Source: Pseudomonadota bacterium | GTDB lineage: Bacteria; Bdellovibrionota_B; Oligoflexia; Oligoflexales; CAIYRB01 | Reading direction: 5' to 3' | Length of the DNA stretch: 64,000 bases | NCBI GenBank assembly: GCA_031416315.1 | Contig: JANOTL010000130.1 | Span: forward strand, 1-64,000 | Shown here: piece by piece, positions 19,483-28,704 of the stretch | Numbering within the stretch: position 1 is the first letter of the stretch | Layout of the letters: each line of letters opens with the position of its first letter | Made by a program: the position numbers and the translations under genes | Notes under the pieces: model-generated | The model's database searches: none | The model's input: the letters and a program-made list of their open reading frames with translations, nothing else | Told to the model about the DNA's origin: nothing

Positions 19483-20325
19483 GTGTCGAATCAAGAAACC
19501 CCTCCAGCCCCGGGCCGGAGCGCGGCGACGCGCCGCTTCGACCACGACCTGCGCCAGTTCGCCGACAACCTTGAGCTCGGCGGCTTCACCGCCCTTTCGG
19601 CCGGCATCGGGCTCGGTCCGACGAAAAAGCCCGAGCCGCAGAGGGAGACCCTCGGGAAGTCCGGCGCCTGTGCCGCCGGCATGCCGCGGGTGGCTCCCAC
19701 GGCGCCTGTGCTGCGTCAGGGAGTGCAGGGCGCCACCGGCGTCTCTCCGGCCGCTTACGCCGCCGGGGCGGCCGCCCCGCGCCCGCAGAAGGCACCTAGG
19801 AAGCTCACTCGAGATCAGAAGAAGGCCTTCAAGGCGCAAGCGAAGCAGCACGCAGCAGCGCAGGCGACAGCCCAAGCAGATGCGCTAGCGCAGCAGCGGC
19901 ATCAGCAGAGCCTCGTGAACGAAGCGAACGGCGGCGCTTTCGCCGCTCACGACGGGCAAGCCGTTCGCGCCGCGCAGACCGCAGCTTCGGCCAAGGCGCG
20001 CGAAAAGGCGAAAAGACGCCTGCCGCTCGAGCGCAAAATCCTCGCTTTCGGCTTGGATCTCAGCTTCGTGGCCTTCTCGCTCACCGTCGTCTTCGGGCTC
20101 GCCACGGTGCTCGCGGCGGTGAAGGGCGGCGTGCCGCCGAAACGTCTCACGGACTGGTTGGCGCTCCCGCCCTTGACCTGGCTCGCGACCTTTCGGCCCG
20201 AGCAATTGCTGCTTGGCACTTACGCGTTGTTCGCCGCCTATTGGCTGGTTTTTCGCCTGGTCGCGGGCCGTACCCTAGGGGGGAGTCTCGCGGCGCGCGG
20301 CATGCAATCGGGGGGCGTTCCTTGA
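19483..20325 (+). CDS. Membrane protein with disordered N-terminus and partial RDD-like domain
   Basis: RKILAFGLDL...GRTLG resembles the first half of an RDD domain; Ala/Gln-rich N-terminal region. GTG start is inferred. Confidence 0.6.
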   Translation: MSNQETPPAPGRSAATRRFDHDLRQFADNLELGGFTALSAGIGLGPTKKPEPQRETLGKSGACAAGMPRVAPTAPVLRQGVQGATGVSPAAYAAGAAAPRPQKAPRKLTRDQKKAFKAQAKQHAAAQATAQADALAQQRHQQSLVNEANGGAFAAHDGQAVRAAQTAASAKAREKAKRRLPLERKILAFGLDLSFVAFSLTVVFGLATVLAAVKGGVPPKRLTDWLALPPLTWLATFRPEQLLLGTYALFAAYWLVFRLVAGRTLGGSLAARGMQSGGVP

Positions 20326-20351
20326 CACGTAGATTTGCCACTGGGTATTAT
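20322..20351 (+). promoter_or_regulatory. Sigma70-like promoter
   Basis: TTGACA-18 nt-TATTAT upstream of the regulator at 20420. Confidence 0.55.
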
Positions 20352-20419
20352 TTTATCAATCCATACGCATTACAATTTGTTCGAAGCCTCAGTCTTGCCG
20401 CGACGTTCGAGGAGGGGCG

Positions 20420-21316
20420 ATGAAACGCTCGGGAGCCGTCAAGTTTCCCAATTCCGTGCAGCTGTTCAAGTTCTGCCAAAAGGTCTTGATGGCGCAGAAG
20501 GGTGGGAAGGTGCACGACCAAGAGGTCGGCTCCATCCTGAGCTTCAATCCGTCGGATTGCAGTCACTGGAAGCGTGGCGAGAAAAACGTCCGTTCCGTGT
20601 TTGCGCTGGCGAAGCTCGCAGAGGCCCTGCAGGTCGAGACGACCTTGGTCCACGACGTCGCCTCGGGCGCCGTCGGGCTGGACGAGGCGTTCTACGAATG
20701 GCAGGAGTCCAACAACTTCAAAACGCTCGTGGCGAAAGCCGTCGAATCGGGCGGGACGAAGCTGGCGGACACCCGCAAGAAGGTCGAGGAGTTCGCCAAG
20801 GCGCTCCATGAGCAGTGTGAGTTCACGACTCCGCCGCTCTACGTGCCCGAAGTGCTCCGCTTCTTCGCCTTCGTCTTGACGCAACCGACAGAGATGATGG
20901 ACAAGCTGTCCCGCATCCTGCGCGTCAAGCCGGGGCAGTACTGCATCCAGTACCGCAAAGGCGACCTGAAGCCGCAGACCCGCATGGGTATGGTCAAGGA
21001 CCTCGCGCGCATCGTCTTCCAAGGCGAGCGCGAGCGTTTCCCCGAGCTCGGAAAGCCCGAGCCGGCCATGCTCGAATTCGAAGAGACCGTTTTCGTCGCG
21101 AGCTTGCTCGTTCCGAAGTCGATGCTCCTCAGCGAGATGGCGAAGCTCGACTCCCGCAAGAACGTCGTCAGCGAGCTGGCGGCTCTCTTTTGGGTGCCCA
21201 AATCACTCATCGGCTTCCAGCTGCAGGACATCCTGCGCAGCGGCGAGCGTCCGGCTCCCGAGTCCCGCCCGGCGGCGACCCGTGCGCCCGAGGCCGTCCA
21301 CAGCGCGAGCGCCTGA
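20420..21316 (+). CDS. XRE-type HTH fused to a catalytically degenerate ImmA/IrrE-like domain
   Basis: HTH: DQEVGSILSFNPSDCSHWKRGEK. IrrE-like scaffold: TPPLYVPEV, RMGMVKDLARI, EFEETVFVASLLVP, ELAALFWVP. No HExxH. Confidence 0.7.
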   Translation: MKRSGAVKFPNSVQLFKFCQKVLMAQKGGKVHDQEVGSILSFNPSDCSHWKRGEKNVRSVFALAKLAEALQVETTLVHDVASGAVGLDEAFYEWQESNNFKTLVAKAVESGGTKLADTRKKVEEFAKALHEQCEFTTPPLYVPEVLRFFAFVLTQPTEMMDKLSRILRVKPGQYCIQYRKGDLKPQTRMGMVKDLARIVFQGERERFPELGKPEPAMLEFEETVFVASLLVPKSMLLSEMAKLDSRKNVVSELAALFWVPKSLIGFQLQDILRSGERPAPESRPAATRAPEAVHSASA

Positions 21317-21350
21317 GCGCTCGAGCTACTTTCTCCTACACGTGCAACGA

Positions 21351-21387
21351 AAAGGGCTCCTCGGTTTTCCGAGGAGCCCCTTCTTTT
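21351..21387. terminator. Bidirectional intrinsic terminator
   Basis: GGGCTCCTCGG-TTTT-CCGAGGAGCCC flanked by an A-run and a T-run, between convergent genes. Confidence 0.8.
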
Positions 21388-21625
21388 AGAGCGCGATCTG
21401 AAGCTCCGAGAAGCGCTTCGCCTCGGCGTTGCCGCGGGCGCGGATCTTGGTGAGCTCGGCCTCGAAACCGGGAAGGCCGTACTCGACCAAGTGTAGGATG
21501 AGAGAGCTCGGCGTGACGTCGCACCCAGTCTCACCCTCCAGAAAGCGGGAGGCGTTCATGAGCCAACGATACTGATTGTCAGTGAGCTTGATCGTGACGG
21601 AGCGGGGCGGGGCGAGTGAACTCAT
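21386..21625 (-). CDS. Small protein, possible ribbon-helix-helix DNA-binding fold
   Basis: SVTIKLTDNQYRWL...TPSSLILHLVEYGL fits a beta-alpha-alpha pattern. Confidence 0.55.
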   Translation of the reverse strand: MSSLAPPRSVTIKLTDNQYRWLMNASRFLEGETGCDVTPSSLILHLVEYGLPGFEAELTKIRARGNAEAKRFSELQIAL

Positions 21626-21765
21626 GGCGGGGTACCTTCGAGACGGCGGGGAGGGGGAGCAACAGACAGCGGGAGCGGAAGGCTGGGGCGGAAGCGCCCA
21701 CGATGGTACAATAGCACTAGATCACTGCCGTTTCCATAGAACCTTAAAATAACCTTTAATATTCC

Positions 21766-22326
21766 ATGGTTTTCATGGTTTTTCGCACAATTTTCAGCAT
21801 GTTGTCCTGCGCCCTGCTCGGCGCGGCCGCGACCCACTGCACGACGTCCGACAAAGGCTACGAGGCGAAGGACTTCCTGCCACGCGGCCTCGCCGGCAAG
21901 GTGAAAAACAAAGAGTGGGCTTACAAGTACGCCTACGTCGACCCGACGATCGACACGCCGGAGGATGACGACTATGTGTTCGTTTTTCTCACGGAGAAGC
22001 CGGCCGAAGCTTGTCCCAAGTCCGACGAGAGCGCTAAGGATTACCGCGTCGTGATGGTCGCAGCGCCGAAGAAGCCGACGAAGACGCCCGTGAAGCTAAA
22101 GCGAGGCGGCTCGCGCACGCTCCAGTTTCACACGCTGAAGAACCGCGAGCCCTTCGTCGTCTCGGCGCTCACCGGCAAGATCAAGATCACCTCGTCCAGC
22201 GAGAACGAGGTGAAGGGTCAGCTGATGGCGCAGCTCAACCCGGCCAACTTCGTCAACGGCACCTTTAAGGCGAAGGTTTGTGATCTGTCGGAGATGAAGA
22301 AAGAGGATCTTTGGCAGAAAGACTAG
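21766..22326 (+). CDS. Hypothetical exported protein / lipoprotein
   Basis: Hydrophobic N-terminus ending AATHC; Lys-rich beta-strand body. Confidence 0.65.
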   Translation: MVFMVFRTIFSMLSCALLGAAATHCTTSDKGYEAKDFLPRGLAGKVKNKEWAYKYAYVDPTIDTPEDDDYVFVFLTEKPAEACPKSDESAKDYRVVMVAAPKKPTKTPVKLKRGGSRTLQFHTLKNREPFVVSALTGKIKITSSSENEVKGQLMAQLNPANFVNGTFKAKVCDLSEMKKEDLWQKD

Positions 22327-25300
22327 GCTCGGTGCCAGCTGCCGGAGACGCCGCGCCGCCCGGCGCGTTGGGGAAGACGATCTTCGTGGGCGCTCGGGGC
22401 GGATACTTGCGCCAGAAGCCGCCCGCCGTGGCGCAATCCGCCACCCAGCGGGACCAGCGCACGGCCGCGAACGCGAACCACAGGGCCCAAGCCAGCATCG
22501 CCAGCTGATAGACCAGCAGCGGCACGGACACGATCCAGGCCGAAGGCAGGGGGCCTGCCGTGCGGTCTTGGAACCACAGGAGCTCGTGGCCGTTCGAGGC
22601 GTTGCCGGCGATCTGCATGTCGGGCCTGCCGAAGAATCCCTGCTGCAGCGAGGCGAAAACGACGCCGACCGCGGCCAAAGTCCAGGCGATGAGCGCTAGC
22701 TGGATCACGTTGTAAAGACCGGGATTGGTAACGCGCTGTGCATGCGCCCGCCGCAGTCCGAGCGCCAGGAACAGCCCGATGACGACGCCCGCGCCCTCCA
22801 ACGACGACTGCGTGAGCCCGACGCCGAGCAAGAACCACTGCCAAGAGCGAATCGGCGTGAGCGGGATCTTCCCGAGGGCGAAGGCCGCGAGCGCGATCAC
22901 GAGAAGCTGGCTCCAGAAAAGCACCGCGGGCCCGGAGCCTTGTCCACCGAGGAAGAGAAGCCAGCGCTCGGCAGGGACCTCGACGCGCACCGTCGCGTTC
23001 ACCCCCGGCAGGCCGAGGTCGAGCGCCGTCGTGCGGTATAGGGGCCGCATGCCGTTGACGTCGCGCCAGCTGATGCGCGCCGATTGCGCGCCGGGAAGGA
23101 GCGGCAAGGTGACGGCGCCGGCCTCCAGTCGAATCGGCTGCGTCGTCCCGTTGATCACGACCGTCTGCAGCTCGACGTCGGCCGGCAGCGCGATCTTGTG
23201 CTCGCCCCCGCGGCTCGAGCGCAAGGAGACGCTCAGCGTCACCTCGGAGGAGCGCAGCCCCGGTTTGACGTCGAGGTAGGCACGATCCATCGTCAGGCTG
23301 CGGCCGACGAGCGCCTCGGGCCGCGAGATTGCCAGCTCGACGGTCTCGCCCGGCCAGGGGCGCCACTCGGGCAAGAGCTCGCCTTGCGCGTCGACGCGAT
23401 GGATGACTGGGATGCCCTTCGTCTCGAGGTGCCAGGTCGGCGCCAGGTCGACCTTCCACCACTCGGTCCAGGCCAAGGTGTCGGGAGCTTTCAGCGCGAC
23501 CTTCTCGCTGATGTCCAGGGCGCCGGTCCAGGTGAAGGAGTTTTCCCGCGGCCCGAGGTTGACGAGCACGGCGCCGCCTTCGACCCGCACGCCCGGCGTC
23601 GTGACCCGCTCGGTCGACAGGAGGGGGATGCGCATGAGGGCCGCGCCGTCGCCGCCGAGGCGGTGCACGGTCGTCGTCACCGACCAATCGAGGCCTAGGG
23701 TGAGCTGCCGCTCGACGCGCAGGAACGGCGGCAAGCCCGCGTCCTTCGCCGGCGCCTTGGCGCCGGTCGCGGTCTTTTCCCGCTCGCGGATGAGCATGAG
23801 GGTCGCATCAGCTGCGCCATCCTCGTGCACGCCGTCAGCGCGCCAGCCGTTGCCTTTGAAGCTCACGTGTCGCGGGCGCAAGGGGAGGGGGATCTCGACC
23901 GTTTCGCGCTCCGGCAGGGCGCCTTTCAGCTCGACGCGATGGACGCCGGCCGTGAGCGCTAGCCACAGCGAGCCGTCGTCTTCGCGGCGCATCTCCTTCG
24001 CCGCCTGGCCGTCGACCTGGACGGAGGCGGGCAGCCAGTAGGCCGTATTACCGGGCAAGGGAATCGCAGCGCCGGTCGCCATGTGGGCTTCGATCAGCAT
24101 CGTGACGCTATCGCCTGAGGCCTCGATCGAGAGTCGCGCGAGGGTCGCGCACTGGGGCATGCAATCAGGACGTTGAATCAGCCGGTCGCGCAGCTCGTTC
24201 AACAGCGAATCGGGGGGGAATGCGACGGGCGTCGTCTGCGCGAGCGCTGGTCGCGTGCCGCTGGCCGTGCCGAAGGCGAGAAGCGCTAGGGCGACCGCGG
24301 CCGTGCCGAGGCGTCCGGCCCACTTGCCGAACTGCCGCGGGTCGACGCCGAGGACGAGGATCAGCAGGAGAAACGAGAGCCCGACGCGTAGGAACGCGAA
24401 GACCTTGTTCGCCCATGGCGGCAGGACCACGAGGCGGAAAGTCTGGTCTTGCCGGACGGGGCCGTTCCAAGCGAGCTGAAAGCGGTTCCAGCTCCAGGCG
24501 GGAAGCCCCGGTCCCGTCTGCACCGTCGCGTTCGGGTCGACGTAGGCGAACTGGCGGTTCAGCATCCTTTGCTGCTCGGGCTTGGAGCCCTTTTTGGAGA
24601 AGCCGCCGCCGCCCGAGCCGAAACTACTGGGCGCATCGCTGTTCGGAGAGAGGCCGAGGCTGGGCCCCCCGGCCGGGGGGGCGGCAGGTTCGGACGGGGC
24701 GCCAGACTCCGCTTCTTCCGCGTTCTGCTCCATGGGCGCCTCCAGGGCGACCGGCATCTCGTCGTCGAGCGCCCCGGTCGGCATGGCGCCGTCGGCGACC
24801 GGCGCCTCGAGCTTCCGCCACGGATACTCGAGGCTCGGAAACATCGCCTCGCGGATCTGCTCGACGGCGAAAGCGAAGATGACGAGCGCGAGAAGGACGC
24901 CGATCGTCGCGTGCACGCCGACGGTGGCCGTGCGCAGCTTTCCCGCCGGCAGGTAGCGCTTCAACGCCAGGGCGGGTACGAACGCGAGCCACAAGTAGCG
25001 CGGCGCGTTCGCCTCCGGGATCACCAGGATCAGGGTCACGAGCGCCAGAGTCGCGGTGCGCCAACCGAGGAGCTTGCCGAGGGCGAGCGACACGAGGAGG
25101 ACGATGAAGATATTGAGCAGGTCCCAGCGCTTCAGCCACGTGCCGGAGGTCTGGTCGACCCCGAACGCGGCCAGGAGACGGTAGCCCGGCGGCAAGTGGA
25201 GGCTCGCCGCGACCGACTGGAAATCCGCCCGCCACGCGGTCGCCGGCAGCTCGGACGTGCGACCGTCGACGCGCAGGTCGGCCTCGAGCGCCAGATTGCC

Positions 25301-26542
25301 GAGCCGCACCTCCAGCCCCGTGGCGTCGCCGCCATCGCTCGCGAGCTTCGTCAGGAGTTGATCGCGCCCTTGGATTGCCGCGCGGCCGAGCTCCGCCGGC
25401 TTCGCCACGGAGAGGCGCCAGCTGCGGCTCACCTTACCCTTGATGCGGTCGCGGAAGGTGTAGCCGCCGCCGTCGAAGTCGAGCCAGACGTCCCGCGTCA
25501 GGCCGAGCTGATCGGGCGCCGGATCTGGGTCGCCGCGCTTGCGCGTCGTCAGCTCGAGGATCGCATCCTTTGCCATGAGGAAGGCCGGAAGCCGCTTCCA
25601 GTCCGTCGGCAGGCTCGACTGCTGCGGATCGATCGAGGCGGCGCCGCTCGGCGTGACGAGGCGCAAGGCGCTCGCCGCGGCGAAGACCCAGATCTCTTCG
25701 TCCGTCCACGGCTCTGGCACCTCGGGACGCTTCAAGGACTCGACCGGGCCGGCGTGCCGCGCCACCAAAGTGATCGCATAAGACCCCGGCCGGGCTTGGA
25801 TTTTGAGCCTGCCATCCGGCTGCAGCGCGGTCGGCAGGTCGGCGTCGAGCCGGACGGGGGTAAACTCGGCGCCGTGAATCGGGCCGAGGACGATCTCGCG
25901 GTTCCTGCCGGCGATCTTCAGCTCGATGCGCGTCGTCAGCTGCAATGGGATGTCGTCCTGGACGTGACGGAACACCTCGAGCGCCAGGCTGTCCGTCTGC
26001 GCGTCGGCGTCCGACTTCGTCTCGCCCGCGAGGAAGATGCGGCCTTCACCGTCGACGGCGGGAAACGGCACGCGTTTCCCCGCGATGGTCAGCTCGACGA
26101 GGCCGGTGTCGCGCGGCACGTGGATCGCCTCCGGCAGGCGACTCCAGAGGAACTTGCCCGTGACGACGTGCGCGCCGGGCGCGAGCGCGACGACCGGCAG
26201 CCCATTCTGCGTTTGCACGAGCGCCGGTTTCCCGCCGGCGGTGACTTCCTGCGGCCAGCGCTCCGCGTCGCCGGGAAGGATCGCCGCCATCTTCGCATAG
26301 GCCTGCGCCGCGAGGCTGAAAGAGCCGCCGCTCGCGTCGACGTCGAGCGTTAAGGTCCCGGGAAAGAGGCAGCGCCTTTGGCCTTCGTCGTCCTGACGAA
26401 AAGGGCAAGCGCGCGTCTCCTGCCCGCGCATCACCCACTCGGTCCACGGCCGGAGCGCGTCGGGAATCGCTGGAGCCTGCGCTGTGGCCGGCGTTGCGGC
26501 AATGAAGAGCGCGGCGGCAAGGAAGCGCGGGAGCATGATCAC
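22265..26542 (-). CDS. Large multi-pass membrane protein with two internally repeated extracytoplasmic halves
   Basis: 1425-aa ORF with a signal peptide and two blocks each made of a beta-rich region followed by TM helices. Confidence 0.8.
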   Translation of the reverse strand: MIMLPRFLAAALFIAATPATAQAPAIPDALRPWTEWVMRGQETRACPFRQDDEGQRRCLFPGTLTLDVDASGGSFSLAAQAYAKMAAILPGDAERWPQEVTAGGKPALVQTQNGLPVVALAPGAHVVTGKFLWSRLPEAIHVPRDTGLVELTIAGKRVPFPAVDGEGRIFLAGETKSDADAQTDSLALEVFRHVQDDIPLQLTTRIELKIAGRNREIVLGPIHGAEFTPVRLDADLPTALQPDGRLKIQARPGSYAITLVARHAGPVESLKRPEVPEPWTDEEIWVFAAASALRLVTPSGAASIDPQQSSLPTDWKRLPAFLMAKDAILELTTRKRGDPDPAPDQLGLTRDVWLDFDGGGYTFRDRIKGKVSRSWRLSVAKPAELGRAAIQGRDQLLTKLASDGGDATGLEVRLGNLALEADLRVDGRTSELPATAWRADFQSVAASLHLPPGYRLLAAFGVDQTSGTWLKRWDLLNIFIVLLVSLALGKLLGWRTATLALVTLILVIPEANAPRYLWLAFVPALALKRYLPAGKLRTATVGVHATIGVLLALVIFAFAVEQIREAMFPSLEYPWRKLEAPVADGAMPTGALDDEMPVALEAPMEQNAEEAESGAPSEPAAPPAGGPSLGLSPNSDAPSSFGSGGGGFSKKGSKPEQQRMLNRQFAYVDPNATVQTGPGLPAWSWNRFQLAWNGPVRQDQTFRLVVLPPWANKVFAFLRVGLSFLLLILVLGVDPRQFGKWAGRLGTAAVALALLAFGTASGTRPALAQTTPVAFPPDSLLNELRDRLIQRPDCMPQCATLARLSIEASGDSVTMLIEAHMATGAAIPLPGNTAYWLPASVQVDGQAAKEMRREDDGSLWLALTAGVHRVELKGALPERETVEIPLPLRPRHVSFKGNGWRADGVHEDGAADATLMLIREREKTATGAKAPAKDAGLPPFLRVERQLTLGLDWSVTTTVHRLGGDGAALMRIPLLSTERVTTPGVRVEGGAVLVNLGPRENSFTWTGALDISEKVALKAPDTLAWTEWWKVDLAPTWHLETKGIPVIHRVDAQGELLPEWRPWPGETVELAISRPEALVGRSLTMDRAYLDVKPGLRSSEVTLSVSLRSSRGGEHKIALPADVELQTVVINGTTQPIRLEAGAVTLPLLPGAQSARISWRDVNGMRPLYRTTALDLGLPGVNATVRVEVPAERWLLFLGGQGSGPAVLFWSQLLVIALAAFALGKIPLTPIRSWQWFLLGVGLTQSSLEGAGVVIGLFLALGLRRAHAQRVTNPGLYNVIQLALIAWTLAAVGVVFASLQQGFFGRPDMQIAGNASNGHELLWFQDRTAGPLPSAWIVSVPLLVYQLAMLAWALWFAFAAVRWSRWVADCATAGGFWRKYPPRAPTKIVFPNAPGGAASPAAGTEPSLSAKDPLSSSPTDHKPSP

Positions 26543-26618
26543 CTCGGCGTTTGGGACTCGGCTCGATTATGGTACAAAAGTCTCGTCTGGACTGGAAACG
26601 ACATGGCAGGAGGCCCCG

Positions 26619-27053
26619 ATGCTCTCGTCTTTAGCCCTCGCCGCTTTCACCGCGCTCGCGCCCGTGTCGCCATCCGGCGATTGGGAGTTCGACGGCCAGT
26701 TCAGCGACGTCCGCCGCTCCAGTGAGCCTGCTTGCGCCGAGCTCTTCTCCGCCGTCGACTATCACGCGAAGCACGCGCTCGCGGGCCCGTCCTGGCGCAC
26801 CTCGGTCTTGCGGCTCGACCTTGCCGAAAGCGAAGGCGAAGGCTTCTTCGACGGCGTGGTGTTCGTCGGGCTCCTCGGCGGCTCGAACGACCTTTACTAC
26901 GAAAAATCCTTGGAGCGCGACGGTATCACCTACAACGTCCTGGCCGAAGGCTTTGTCGACCGCGAGGTCCTTTATCTCGAGGTCAAGGTCGACGCCGAGC
27001 GCGACGGCACGGCCCTCTGCGACGCCGGGGCGACCTTCTCGGCCTTCAACTGA
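26619..27053 (+). CDS. Hypothetical secreted protein
   Basis: AGGAGG RBS before ATG 26619; signal-like N-terminus; beta-rich. Confidence 0.65.
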   Translation: MLSSLALAAFTALAPVSPSGDWEFDGQFSDVRRSSEPACAELFSAVDYHAKHALAGPSWRTSVLRLDLAESEGEGFFDGVVFVGLLGGSNDLYYEKSLERDGITYNVLAEGFVDREVLYLEVKVDAERDGTALCDAGATFSAFN

Positions 27054-27070
27054 ACGGAGCTCTTTCCCGC

Positions 27071-27433
27071 ATGCAACGCCTCATTCGATCCGCCCTCGTT
27101 ATCGGCCTCTCGACCGCCGCTCTGACCGGCTGCGTCACCAACGGCAGCGACTTCCGCTCCGACGTCACCTGGATCAAAGAGAGCCAGACCCAAAAGAAGG
27201 ACGTCCAGATGCTTCTGGGCGAGCCTTACTCGACCGGCAATGCCAGCGGCAAGTCGACTTGGACCTACGGCTACTATCGCTACAAGCTCATCGGCAAGAG
27301 CCTGCAGAAGGAGCTGAAGCTCTATTGGAACGAGGACGGCACGGTGAACAGCTTCTCGTTCAACTCGAGCTTTCCCGAGGACACGGGCCTGAAGCCTTCC
27401 ACGGGCCAACCGTCGAAGCCGGCCGTGCCGTGA
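27071..27433 (+). CDS. BamE/SmpA-like outer-membrane lipoprotein
   Basis: Lipobox LTGC; QKKDVQMLLGEP...WTYGY...LKLYW. Confidence 0.75.
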   Translation: MQRLIRSALVIGLSTAALTGCVTNGSDFRSDVTWIKESQTQKKDVQMLLGEPYSTGNASGKSTWTYGYYRYKLIGKSLQKELKLYWNEDGTVNSFSFNSSFPEDTGLKPSTGQPSKPAVP

Positions 27434-28704
27434 GCATCCTGCCGCTCGCGCCGCCGGCCGCGCCGCTCCTCCCGGACGCGCGCGGCTACTTCGGCGCGTA
27501 CGGCGGCGCTTACGTGCCCGAGATCCTGGTCCCGAACCTGCTCGAGCTGGTGCAGGCGTTCGACACGGCGCGCGGTGATCCGGCGTTCTGGCGCGAGTAC
27601 ATCCAGGAGCTGGCGACCTTCAGCGGCCGGCCGACGCCGATCACGGCGCTCCCGAACCTGTCGAAGATGCTGGGCGGCGCCAGGATCCTGCTGAAGCGCG
27701 AGGATCTGGGGCAGACCGGCGCGCACAAGATCAACAACGTCATCGGCCAGGGCATCCTGACGCGGCGCTTTCTGAAGAAGCCGCGCCTGATCGCGGAGAC
27801 CGGCGCCGGCCAGCACGGCGTCGCCACCGCGACGATGGCGGCGCGTTACGGCTTCGACGCCACGATCTACATGGGCGCCGAGGACGTCGAGCGGCAGCGC
27901 CCGAACGTTTTTTGGATGGAGCGCATGGGCGCGAAAGTCGTCGCCGTGGAAGACGGCGCGCGCACGCTCAAAGACGCGATCAACGCGGCGCTGCGCGACT
28001 GGGCGACCAACGTCCAGGATACGCATTACGTGCTCGGCACCGTCTGCGGTCCGCATCCTTTTCCGGCGATGGTCGCTTGGTTCCAGAGCGTCGTCGGCCT
28101 GGAAGCGGCGGCGCAGCTGGCGGCCGACGGCGTGAAGCCTTCTGCCGTGTACGCCTGCGTCGGCGGCGGCTCCAACGCCATCGGCATTTTTCAGGGGTTT
28201 TTGGCGCAAAACGATGTCGAGCTCGTCGGCGTCGAGGCGGGCGGCAAGGGCTTTGGGGTCGGCGAGCACGCGGCGCGCCTCGCGGGCGGCGGTGGGACGC
28301 CCGGCATCGCGCAGGGCTACGAATCCTTGTTTCTCCAGAACGCCGACGGCCAGATGCAGGAGACGCACTCCGTTGCCGCGGGCCTCGACTACGTCGGCGT
28401 CTCGCCGATCATCGCCGACCTGGCGCAAAGGGGCCGGATCCGCGCCGAGCGCGCCAGCGACCTCGAGGTCGTCGAGGCGGTGCGGCTGCTGATGAAGCAC
28501 GAAGGCATCATCCCCGCGCTCGAGTCGTCGCACGCGCTCGCCGCCGCGATCCGGGCCGCACCGAAGCTCTCGCCCGACAAGACCTTGCTCGTGAACCTCT
28601 CGGGCCGCGGCGACAAGGACATCTTCACCGTCGCCGGCGCGCTGGGGGACGCGTCCTGGGGCCGTTTTCTCGCGAAAAAAGCCCAGGAGATGCAAGGTGG
28701 CTGA
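27430..28704 (+). CDS. trpB: Tryptophan synthase beta chain
   Basis: LKREDL, TGAHKINN, ETGAGQHG, CVGGGSNA, AGLDY, IIPALES, NLSGRGDKD. GTGA overlap with the upstream stop. Confidence 0.96.
   Translation: MSILPLAPPAAPLLPDARGYFGAYGGAYVPEILVPNLLELVQAFDTARGDPAFWREYIQELATFSGRPTPITALPNLSKMLGGARILLKREDLGQTGAHKINNVIGQGILTRRFLKKPRLIAETGAGQHGVATATMAARYGFDATIYMGAEDVERQRPNVFWMERMGAKVVAVEDGARTLKDAINAALRDWATNVQDTHYVLGTVCGPHPFPAMVAWFQSVVGLEAAAQLAADGVKPSAVYACVGGGSNAIGIFQGFLAQNDVELVGVEAGGKGFGVGEHAARLAGGGGTPGIAQGYESLFLQNADGQMQETHSVAAGLDYVGVSPIIADLAQRGRIRAERASDLEVVEAVRLLMKHEGIIPALESSHALAAAIRAAPKLSPDKTLLVNLSGRGDKDIFTVAGALGDASWGRFLAKKAQEMQGG

Noticed and set aside
20420..21625. Prophage/ICE immunity region or toxin-antitoxin pair
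   Set aside because: No integrase, phage genes, att sites or GC shift; the protease motif is absent; the genes are convergent.
26722..27429. Apparent N-terminal extension of TrpB (660 aa)
   Set aside because: It is an off-frame shadow of two upstream genes; TrpB homology starts at about 27430.
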